Positions 27,601-39,600 of a stretch of DNA of 64,000 nt are shown here, one piece after another. The stretch lies in the NCBI GenBank assembly GCA_977016875.1, contig CDRNST010000002.1, positions 496,001 to 560,000 on the forward strand, read 5' to 3'. Under the pieces are notes generated by a model, which ran no database searches, was not told where the DNA came from, and worked only from the letters and a program-made list of their open reading frames with translations. The position numbers and the translations under genes were made by a program. The stretch is from Pavona decussata (Eukaryota). Numbering within the stretch: position 1 is the stretch's first letter; every line of letters starts with the position of its first letter.

Positions 27601-30600
27601 CATTTTCGCGTTTATTCTTTTTATAGTCGTTCTTAGTTGTTTCCTGTACTTTCTCTGATAGGTATTTTACCAAATCCCTTGATTTGAGTGAATAAATTGC
27701 TGATTGAAACCTGTGAGTCTCTTCGTGGCCCTTGCCACTTCATTGTAAAATACCAATTGAAGATCATGGACGTTATCGAAGCTGATGATGCAAGTTCCAT
27801 CCGAGCGAGTTCCAGGAGTAGAATGCCTAATTCGCTGCAGGACCAAGAAGGAGTTGTACGCGAAAAGCTGAACAGTCTATAACGGTCTGCAGGAGGCTAT
27901 GTGGCCACAATGTCTAAAGTGTGCGCTCGAATTGATGATTTACTCGCGGACTTTGCTAACTTGGTGCAAGTGCGGAATCTGCAAGCCACCTTGTCAGATG
28001 CATTTAGGAATTATGGAGACAACGTCGCGCGGACCAAAGCTCTTCTCAATGACAGCAGCGTGGAACTTAACAAAATCCAGGGCGTTTACGAGGCTCAAGA
28101 GGTCAGAAAACGTCTGTATGATGAAAGGATCGAACATTTCGCGATCGAAGCTGCTTCGTATTTTAATAAACAAGTGTCAGAAGAATTACTCCGTGTCGAC
28201 ACTTCATCGCCTCGAGGATCGGTGAAATCGCAGAGCAGTCGAATTTCCAAGTTAAGTGCAGCGAGCTCGAGACTTCGCGAAGCCAAAATCGCGGCAGAAA
28301 AAGCGGCTCTATTCGAAAAACAAACTGAGCAAAAACGATCAAGGACAATAGCAATGAAAGTCAAGTTATTGGAGCTTGAAATGAAACAAAAGCAATTCGA
28401 ATTTCAACATCAACTAGAACTAGCGAAGCTCGACGCCGAGAAAGAGGCAGAGGAAGCCCGGGAAAGGACAGAGTTGGCAGATTTGGAGTTCAAGTTAGCA
28501 GAGCGCGAGTTTTCTTGTCTGCAGTTTGAGGAAAATCCACCTGAGCGGCATAGTTTTAACAGAAATATTGACATTGACGGAAACTTTACAAGCGTATCCG
28601 ACGCTGGTCCGCAAGTTGTCTACCCTCAAGCTGTTTCCACGCAATTAGGGTCGATAGCGCAGGTTTGCTCCACGCAGCCACTTTCTCCAACCACGTGTTC
28701 CGTCTCATCCACGAGAGTCTCGACCGGCCACGTCACGTCTTCGCGTGTCTCTGTTCTTCCCGACACGTCCTCGCGTGGATCAACGTTGCCTGCGCCCACT
28801 TCACGTTTTCCTGAATTTTCTGTCACGTCCTTTCAAGCCCCTGCAGTTCCCGTGGTGTCCTCGCGCGTCTCCTCGTTACCTGCGTACTCTACGTGTCTTA
28901 CAGATCTTCCACCCATGCCTACGTGTGCTCCCTTGCAAGCCTCTGCAGTTCCCGTGGTGTCCTCGCGCGTCTCCTCGTTACCTGCGTACTCTACGTGTCT
29001 TACAGATTTTCCACCCATGCCTACGTGTGCTCCCTTGCGAGCCTCTGCAGTTCCCGTGGTGTTCTCGCGCGTCTCCTCGTTACCTGCGTACTCTACGCGT
29101 CTTACAGATGTTCCACCCATGCCTACGTGTGCTTCCTTGCAAGCCTTTGCAGTTCCTGTGGTGTCCTCGCGCGTCTCCACGTTACCTGCGTACCCCACGT
29201 ATGTTCCTGATTTCCCACCGATGCCTACGCCTGCTTCTGTGGTTCCTGCTATGTCTGCCTCAACGTTGCCGTCTTCGTATGTTCCCGAGTCTTCGCGCGC
29301 TAGCTCGTGTGTTCCTGCCATGTACCCGGGTGTCTCCCTGTTCTCATCCCAGCCGCCCTACAATGCAGGTCCAATATTCACACATGCAGCTCAAGCCTAT
29401 GGTCCAGTTCGCCTGCCTTGTCATGCAACTTCAGGACATCTTCCACCTTCTCTTCAGCCAATGGGTGAAAGCTTCCTTGCAACTATTGCTACCACAATAG
29501 AAAGAATTAGTGCCGATCAAGGTCTACCTCCACTACAAGTGCTTAAGTTTGATGGCTCCCCTGAGAGATATCCACTATTCAGACAGAGGTTTCACCAGAT
29601 GGTAGAATCGAAGGCATTGGATGAACAGACTAAGATGGCTCGCCTGTTGCAGTTTCTCGAGGGCCCTGCTCTTAGAGCTGTGCAAAGGTACGAGGCTTTG
29701 TCAGGAGGTTTAACCAAGGCGTTAGAAGTCCTGCAAAGTCGTTTTGGTCAACCCTTTAAGATCGTAAGAGCTTGCGTCGACACTCTGACTAAAGGTCCCC
29801 CTATCGCATCTCAAGACAAGGATGGTCTCCAACGCTATGCAGATATGGCACAAGTCATGTATGATACCCTCGGATCTATGAACTGTTTAGGAGAAATGAA
29901 CACTGACAATCTCGAGAAAGTGATACTAAGGTTGCCCAAATGGCTCCAAGACAAGTTTCAAGAACATTTGAAGAAGCTTCAACGCCAAGGAAGAATTATC
30001 CCCACATTCAAAGACATTGTTGAGTTCCTGAATGACCGAGCTGATTTGGCTAATCATCCGTTTTTCACAACTTCTTCTGAGGTGAAGTCACACAAACGAA
30101 TTGAAGATCGAGACAAGTCTCATCTGCGTCACCTTACCACTCTTACCACAAGTACCTCTAGGGAGGCCAGCAGACTTGCGATCAATAAAGACACTAAAGC
30201 CAGCAACTGCCCCTTGTGTGTCCAGTACCACCCACTCTATCGCTGCGGGGTATTCAAGTCCAAGCCCGTCGAGGAGAGGAGGGCCTTAGTCAACAGAAAG
30301 CGGATTTGCTTCAACTGCATCAGCTCTACAGAACACACGGCCAGTTTGTCAAGTCGCAAATGCGTTGTAGGGTACCTGGTTGTGGAAGGTCTCACCACAC
30401 TTTGCTTCACCTGTCAGGTCCATCCCGAGAAAACGCTGATCATCACACTAACAACACTGAAGTCACAGTCATCCCAACCATGCCTACTGTCCTGCCAAGC
30501 GACCAAGATGCTCCCTCGAGCACGTGCGCTACTGCAACCTTGGCTGAATCCTCTGAGATTTACCTGCAGATCATGCCCCTCAAGATCATTGCCAACGATG

Positions 30601-33600
30601 GACGATATACAACCACTTACGGCTTGATCGACTCCGGCTCCGACGTCACTATGATTGACCCATCCCTCGTCGATCAGCTTGGTATTCAAGGCGAAGATGG
30701 ACAACTCCTACTTTCCACAGTAAGCCAAAGAGACAAACAGGAGAATGGAGTAAAGGTTGACTTCAAAATAGCGCCCGTTGATGATCAGCACTCACACCAG
30801 ATTACTGTGCGCAATGCATGGGCTGTACGAGACCTTACCATCCCGCTTAAGCATGTAACAGCTCGCAAGAAGATGGAGCAATGGTCGCACTTGTGTCAAG
30901 TCCCTTTTCCCGAAGTACAAAGAAAGAAGGTTTCTATCCTTATTGGAACGAACATCCAGGAAGCCTTTATTCCGTTGGAAGTTAGAAAAGGAAGTCCTAA
31001 TGAGCCCTTCGCGATACGATCCTGCCTTGGCTGGAGTATCCTTGGCGGTTCCGGCAGTGTAGACGGTAGACGTCAGTTTAACCTGCATCATGCTTCTTCT
31101 GAAGATGTTTCTCTCAACCGACAGTTGGAAGAATTCTGGCGAATTGAGTCCCACGGCACCGTGAAAGAAGCCTTTGGGCCAATGTCTGTTGAGGATCGAA
31201 AGGCGCTGAAGATAATAGAGAACACAATCTCTAAGGTTGACGGCCATTACCAGATGGGCCTTCTCTGGAGGCAGGAAGTACCCTACCTTCCATTTAACAG
31301 AGCCTTGGCAAAAGGTCGTCTTCAAGCTCTGAAAAGGAGATTTAACCGGGATCCTGGCCTAGAGGAAAAGTACCACTCCGTCATAGATGACTACGTTACT
31401 AAAGGTTATGCAAGACAGCTAAATGAAGAAGAGGCCTCTAAGAGATCCAAGATCACTTGGTACTTACCACACCACCCGGTGCTGAACATTAACAAGCCCA
31501 ACAAAGTACGCGTGGTATTTGACGCTGCCGCTAAATTTGATGGCACTTCCCTGAACGATCGGTTGTACCATGGCCCAGATCTCACAAATAATCTGGTTGG
31601 CGTGCTTATTCGCTTTCGAGAAGAAGAAACTGCGTTCACAGCTGACGTAGAGGCGATGTTCCATCAAGTCAAAGTTCTTCCAGAGGATGCAGACGCCCTA
31701 AGGTTCTTGTGGTGGAATGCTTCTTCAAATCTCCCTCCTAAGGAATATCAGATGCTTGTCCACATATTTGGCGCAACTTCATCCCCTTGCTGTGCCAACA
31801 AGGCACTTCGACAGACGGCAGACGATAATAAAGGCCGGTATAGCCCTGAAGCCATCAAGACCGTACACAGAAATTTCTACGTTGATGATGTACTGAAATC
31901 TGCGCCGACAACAGAGAAGGCGATTTGGCTAGTAGACCAGCTGACCAGGCTACTGAGTGAGGGCGGCTTCCACCTAACGAAGTTCACAAGCAACAGTAGG
32001 CAGGTGTTAAAGGCCCTCCCACTAGAGGAACGAGCGAATCCTTCTATCAATCTCGACCTCAGCCAACTTCCTATCAGCCGCGCACTTGGATTACACTGGG
32101 ATGCAGCTTCGGATACCTTGCAATTCAAGGTTGTTCCCACGAACAAGCCTCCAACTAAACGTGGCATTCTTTCGACTGTTAGTTCCCTATTCGATCCACT
32201 TGGTTTTTTGGGCCCGTTTCTCCTCCCAGTCAAAGTCATTCTTCAAGAACTATGGAGAATGGACGTCCAGTGGGATGACCCTATTCCAGAGCCTTTGCTA
32301 ACACAGTGGAATGGATGGGTAGAGTCTCTGCCCCTTGTTGCGAACATCAAGATTCCACGATGCTTCAAATCATTTTCTAGCACCCGAGTCATCACCGATG
32401 TTCAAATGCATTTTTTTCCTGACGCATCCAACAAGGGTTACGCTGCAGTTGGCTACTTAAGGCTCGTTGATGATATGGGAAAGGTCCATTGCGCCTTTGT
32501 TATGGGAAAGACCCGCAATTCCCCGCTGAAACAGTGGTCCATACCGCGTTTAGAGTTACAGTCAGCAGTGGTAGCTACACGCTTGCATTTACTGATACGC
32601 GACGAGCTTGACATACCCCTTCAAGGTGTTACGTTCTGGACAGACTCTTTGACGACCTTGCAGTACATTACGAACGAGAAGAGGCGATTCAAGCCATTCG
32701 TTGCTAATCGAGTGAACGAAATTCATGAAGCCTCGACTCCTCAGCAATGGCGACATGTGCCAACATCACTGAACCCAGCTGACGATGGTTCCAGAGGAAT
32801 GAAGCTACATGATCTTGACCCAAATTACCGCTGGCTCTCTGGCCCAAGTTTCCTCCTGAAGCCCGAAGAACATTGGCCAGTTAGAAGGGTTGGCAATATT
32901 CCAGAAGACGACAGTGAAGTTCAAGTTGAAAGAACCGTCATGGTGATTGACCGTGGATCATCACTGGACCTGCTTCTGCGTCGCTATTCATCTTGGCCTC
33001 GCCTCTTAACTCTTGTCGCCTGGTTGTTACGTTTCGTTAACCATGTTCAGAACAAAGGAACTTCTACTGAAAGAGGTGGAATATCCCTTTCAGAGATACG
33101 GTGCTCTTCCAAGAAAATTGTACAGTTGGTACAACGCCAAGCCTTTGCTGAAGAGATTGATTCCTTAGTCGAAGGTCATCCAGTTAAATGTCAAAGCAAG
33201 CTTGCAACTCTTCTTCCTGTACTCGTAGAAGGAACCGTGCGCGTGGGAGGAAGAATTCGTCACGCTCCTATCGCCTTCGAAGCTGCCCATCCGATGATAC
33301 TTCCTAAAGATCATCCAGTTTCTACCCTGATCGTGCGCTACTACCACGAAATCCTGGGGCATGCCGGTCGAGAGCACGTACTTTCCTTCATACGACAACA
33401 TTTCTGGATTATTCAAGCAAGGTCACTCGTGCGCCATGTTCTACGAAGATGCATCAGTTGTCGCAAGCGAAATGAAGTCCCCATGACTCAGTTGATGGCT
33501 GACCTGCCAAAGGAACGTCTCACTCCCTATGATCGGCCGTTCACCTACACAGGAGTCGACTTCTTTGGCCCATTCTACGTGAAGCGTGGTCGGAGTTCAG

Positions 33601-36600
33601 AAAAGGTGTACGGTTGCCTCTTTACCTGCCTTACCAGTCGCGCCGTGCATATAGAAGACGTGAGTTCATTAGAGTCCGATGCCTTTATTCAAGCCCTCCG
33701 CAGATTCATCTCGAATCGTGGGTGTCCCAAAGAAATCTGGAGTGATAACGGAACAAATTTCGTCGGAGCGGACAAGGAAATTCGCGACTCTATTCGTCAG
33801 TGGAATCAGGATGATCTAAACAAGCAACTGATTAAGGACGGGATTAACTGCTCCTTGTGCCCAATGTTCCAGTGGAAATTTCAGCCTCCAGCCGCGAGCC
33901 ATATGAATGGGGTCTGGGAACGGTTAATTCGAAGTGTGCGTAAGACCATGAAGGCGATCCTTGGCAATCCAGATGCGTTGGTTGGACTGGAAACCTTACG
34001 CACGGTCTTCGCAGAGGTTGTTACCATCCTCAACAGTCGCCCGCTTACTCCCAGCAGCGATGATCCAAGCGACCCGGAACCACTCACTCCGAACCACCTT
34101 CTGCTGCAACAGAAAGATCTTGCTCTGCCCCCAGGTCTGTTTGTTCGCGAAGATCTTTACAGAAGAAAACAATGGAGGAGAGCCCAATTCCTTGCTGACT
34201 ACTTCTGGAAACGGTGGCTAAGAGAATACGTTCCAGCTTTACAGCAACGCCAAAAATGGGTTCGCGAGAAAGGAAACTTGAAGGTCAATGATCTTGTAAT
34301 GCTTGTGGATGAAAATTCCCCTCGTGGAAGATGGCTCCTTGGCAGAGTTATGAAGATCTTTCCTGGCCACGACCAACGCGTCCGAGTTGGAGAAGTCAAA
34401 ACGAAGAATTCAACGCTTGTGAGGCCGATTTCAAAACTTGTATTGCTGGAAGAAGAAGATTAGTAACATTGACATTCGCCTACAGTTATTCTCAGAAACC
34501 TCTTGGACAGTTTGAATGCGCTAGTTCTAAGAACTTTCAGTGACTGATTAATTGATTCGCTTTTATTGCTGAATTTCCGCAAATTCAGCGAAGCCCCCCA
34601 GGATGTTGCGGTTTTTGTTAATTTACACTTTTCCATGTAGTTTTTGTTTTCCGCATCTTTATACGTGTTAATTGTGTCCTGCACCCTTCATTCCTTCCTG
34701 AACAATTTTTCGCACTATATGTAAATTCAGTGGTATATAATATTTTCAACACTTTCATTTTATCACTCACCCACCTAAATCCAGCAATTGGTAAGTGTTT
34801 TTTCAGTCATCCTGTTTTTTGGTTTCAGTTGTCATTTTCGCGTTTATTCTTTTTATAGTCGTTCTTAGTTGTTTCCTGTACTTTCTCTGATAGGTATTTT
34901 ACCAAATCCCTTGATTTGAGTGAATAAATTGCTGATTGAAACCTGTGAGTCTCTTCGTGGCCCTTGCCACTTCAGGGTATTTACTTAGTTCATTAAAAGT
35001 ATTAGCGTCACAAACGGGTATTTACTTAGTTCATGAAAGATATTAGTTTCACAAAAAAGTACTTATCACGTTAATTAAAGGTACTAGCGCCACAAAAGGA
35101 TATTTACTTAGTTCATTAACGGTAAAAGCGTCACAAACGGGTATTTACTTAGTTCATCAAAGGTAATAGTGTCACAAAAAAGTATTTACTACGTTAATTA
35201 AAGGTAAAAGCGTCACAAACGGGTATTTACTTAGTTTATCAAAAGTATTAGCGTCACAAACAGGTATTTACTTTGTTCATGAAAGATATTAGTTTCACAA
35301 AAAAGTACTTATCACGTTAATTAAAGGTACTAGCGTCACAAAAGGATATTTACTTAGTTCATTAAAGGTAAAAGCGTCACAAACGGGTATTTACTTAGTT
35401 CATCAAAGGTAATAGTGTCACAAAAAAGTATTTACTACGTTAATTAAAGGTAAAAGCGTCACAAACGGGTATTTACTTAGTTCATCAAAGGTAATAGTGT
35501 CACAAAAAAGTATTTACTACGTTAATTAAAGGTAGAAGCGTCACAAACGGGTATTTACTTAGTTCATGAAAAGTATTAGCGTCACAAACGGGTATTTACT
35601 TCGTTAATCAAAGGTATAAGTGTCACAAAAAAACTATTTATTACGTTAGTTAAAGGTACAAACGTTACAAACGGGTATTTACTTAGTTTATCAAAAGTAT
35701 TAGCGTCACAAACAGGTATTTACTTAGTTCATGAAAGATATTAGTTTCACAAAAAAGTACTTATCACGTTAGTTAAAGGTACTAGTGTCACAAAAGGATA
35801 TTTACTTAGTTCATTAAAGGTATTAGTGTCACAGAAGAGTATTTACTTAGTTCATCAAAGGTATAAGTGTCACAGAAGAGTATTTACTTTGTTCATCAAA
35901 GGTATTAGTGTCACAAAAAAACTATTTATTACGTTAGTTAAAGGTACAAACGTTACAAACGGGTATTTACTTAGTTCTTCGAAGGTATTAGTGTCACAAA
36001 AAAGTATTTCCTACTTTATTTAAAGGTACAATCTTCACAAACGGGTACTTACTTAGTTTATCAAAAGTATTAGCGTCACAAACAGGTATTTACTTAGTTC
36101 ATGAAAGATATTAGTTTCACAAAAAAGTACTTATCACGTTAATTAAAGGTACTAGCGTCACAAAAGGATATTTACTTAGTTCATTAAAGGTAAAAGCGTC
36201 ACAAACGGGTATTTACTTAGTTCATCAAAGGTATTAGCGTCACAAACGGGTATTTACTTCGTTAATCAAAGGTATTAGTGTCACAAAAAAACTATTTATT
36301 ACGTTAGTTAAAGGTACAAACGTTACAAACGGGTATTTACTTAGTTCTTCGAAGGTATTAGTGTCACAAAAAAGTATTTCCTACTTTATTTAAAGGTACA
36401 ATCTTCACAAACGGGTACTTACTTAGTTTATCAAAAGTATTAGCGTCACAAACAGGTATTTACTTAGTTCATGAAAGATATTAGTTTCACAAAAAAGTAC
36501 TTATCACGTTAGTTAAAGGTACTAGTGTCACAAAAGGATATTTACTTAGTTCATTAAAGGTATTAGTGTCACAGAAGAGTATTTACTTAGTTCATCAAAG

Positions 36601-39600
36601 GTATAAGTGTCACAGAAGAGTATTTACTTTGTTCATCAAAGGTATTAGTGTCACAAAAGAGTATTTACTTTGTTCATCAAAAGTATTTGCGTCACAAACG
36701 GGTATTTATTTAGTTCATCAAAGATATTAGTGTCACAGAAAAGTATTTACTATGTTAATTAAAGGTACAAGCGTCTCAAATGAGTATTTACTTAGTTCAT
36801 CAAAGGTATTAGTGTCACAGAAGAGTATTTACTTAGTTCATCAAAGGTATTAGTGTCACAAAAGAGTATTTACTTTGTTCATCAAAAGTATTTGCGTCAC
36901 AAACGGGTATTTATTTAGTTCATCAAAGATATTAGTGTCACAGAAAAGTATTTACTATGTTAATTAAAGGTACAAGCGTCTCAAAAGAGTATTTACTTAG
37001 TTCATCAAAGGTACTAGAGTCACAATCAATTCAATTTTCCAATTCAATTTTGTTTTAATTTTTCACACGTACAACGAGATTCAATACAATTGATAAAAAA
37101 AATATATTAGATTATATTAGAAAGGAGGATTAAAAAGAATTAGGATAAATTTCTCTGGTTTAGTGTGAGCAGTGCCCAAAGGAGCATGCTGCTTTCGAGT
37201 TGGGCACTGCTTACGATGGAAGAGAAAATTATTTCGGTGGAAGAGAAAATTATTTGAAAAGGTTTAAAAAAGAAAAAGAGCGCGTTTAGCGAACGGATGA
37301 CGGTGAAGAACTCTACATTACTTTTGGTTTATAAGCAAATTTTTCCTGTATTTGGTTTTAAACGAAAAAGCGGAGTTTGATTGCTTAATGTTACAGTCAG
37401 TATTGTTTCCCATATTTGTGATGCTGCGAATTGAAAAGTGTGTTTACCGTAGTTTGTACGTATTTTTGGTCTGCTAAAATTTTGTCGAGATGAAAATCGG
37501 GTATTGTACGAGTGCCGAGAGGATGCTGTGGAAATAGAGTTTGCAAAAACAGGACATATTTGATCATTTATTATTTTGAACGTGAAAATGGCAACCTTGA
37601 GTTTGAATGCATTGTCAATGGTTAGAAATCCCAGTAGATTGAAGTAAGCAGTAGCATTTTCTTTTGGTGAGCAAAGAATATACTTTTTACACATTTGTTT
37701 TGGGCGGTGCGAATTTTGTTGAGATGGGTGGCGTAGGTGTTGCCTCAGCTAGTTGCCCTCGCTACAATCGGGTATTTACTTAGTTCATCAAAAGTACCAA
37801 CGTCACAAAAGGGTATTTACTTAGTTCGTCAAAGGTACTAGCGTCAAAATCGGGTATTTACTTAGTTCATCAAAGGTACTAGCGTCACAAACGGGTATTT
37901 ACTTAGTTCGTCAAAGGTTCTAGCGTCACAAACGGGTATTTACTTAGTTCATCAAAGGTATTAGTGTCACAAAAAAGTATTTTCTACGTTAATTAATGAT
38001 ACTAGCGTCACAAACGGGTATTTACGTAGTTCATCAAAGGTACTAGCGTCACAAACGGGTATTTACTTAGTTCATCAAAGGTATGAGTGTCCCAAAAAAG
38101 TATTCACTATAAGTTAATTAATGATACTAGCGTCACAAACGGGTATCTACTTAGTTCATCAAAGTTATTAGTGTCACAAAAAAGTATTAACTACTTTAAT
38201 TAAAGGTACTATCGTCACAACAGAGTATAAAAAGGTATAGTTAAGGTACAACTGTCCAAAAAGGGTATTTTCCTCATTGATTAAAAGGCATTAGCGTCAC
38301 AGAAATGTATTCACTACGTTCGCCAAATGTACAGTCTCACAATACAGTATTTAGTTCGTTCAAAGGTATTAACGTCCACAGAATAATATTTACTACGTTC
38401 ATCAATGGTACAGTGTCACAAAAGGGGATTTAGTTCGTTCGTCAAAGGTACTAACGTCACAAAAGGGTATTTAGTTCGTTCGTCAAAGGTACTAGCGTCA
38501 CAAAAGGGTATTTAGTTCGTTCGTCAAAGGTACTAGCGTCACAAAAGGGTATTTAGTTCGTTCGTCAAAGGTACTAGCGTCACAAAAGGGTATTTAGTTC
38601 GTTCGTCAAAGGTACTAGCGTCACAAAAGGGTATTTAGTTCGTTCGTCAAAGGTACTAGCGTCACAAAAGGGGATTTAGTTCGTTCGTCAAAGGTACTAG
38701 CGTCACAAAAGGAGATTTTGCTTCATTCACTAAAGGTACAGCGCCACAAAAGGGTATTCACTTCATGAAAGATATGTTTACGTTTCGTTCCGTTAATTAC
38801 AGCTTAGGTGCAATTAATTCGGGAAGTATGACTGTTTGCACCCGATGCAAAAGAAAGAAAGGAAATTGCGGTGAAAGATAACAAATATGTAACTGGATTT
38901 TAATTTATATAATCATAAAAAAAATTATTGTTTAAGACTAAATGTGTGAGTTTAGCTAAGGTGAATAATCACTTAACGGTTATTTAACAGTGATTTTCAG
39001 CTCTTATTTTTTATATATTTTTGTGGGGCTGTATTTTATTTTATTCAAACGTTTGAATTTATGGGGGAATGGATGAAACTGAAATATACAATCTTTCAGG
39101 AACGGGTCTTTATCCTCCAACCCTGAAACTGTGCTGTTACACAGTTCAAGTCATGAGTCTTTGAAAAGAACCTGCTGCAGAAGCTGTGAATGAAAACCTA
39201 GTCACTGCATAAAAATATGTCGAATGGCTTGACATTTACAATGCGATAAATGGTACGGGCTTAACATTCACGAAGTGATTACTCATTTTTGTGCACAAGC
39301 ATTAACCTGTAGCGGACTGGTTGACAAATTAACTCGAATATTAACAAACGACAATTCAAAGAACAACAGCAACAGGACCAACAAAAAGGCACTTCTAACT
39401 AGCGGACGGTTGAGCCAACGAAAAACAAGAATGTCATTTCGATTGTCACTTTTTTACATGTGCAGACTTTCTGAGTCCCAAGTTTGAGGGCAGTTTGTTC
39501 ATATCAACATCTTATACTAATATGAATTTATTTTTGCATCAAATATTCCACCGCAGAAAAAAGTAGAATTGGCGAGCATTAATACGGAAATATTAGTTGG

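Larger units (their letters stand above)
27372..34974 (+). mobile_element. BEL/Pao LTR retrotransposon (element 2) inserted in the satellite
   Basis: 371-bp TG...CA LTRs at 27372-27742 and 34604-34974, about 2 mismatches by eye. gggt is duplicated at 27368-27371 and 34975-34978 within one satellite monomer. Confidence 0.95.
19690..38760. repeat. 41-bp satellite array (consensus aaaggtactagcgtcacaaacgggtatttacttagttcatc), interrupted by insertions
   Basis: Hundreds of contiguous diverged 41-bp monomers with recurring variant order. Degenerate monomers also occur at ~17120-18860. Confidence 0.95.

Noticed and set aside
7192-34684. Many short antisense or alternate-frame ORFs over the retroelements and satellite
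   Set aside because: They are shadows of long TE reading frames or translations of tandem repeats, with no independent coding signal.
19690-38760. 41-bp repeats as a CRISPR array
   Set aside because: Monomers are contiguous with no unique spacers, there are no cas genes, and the context is a eukaryotic intron.
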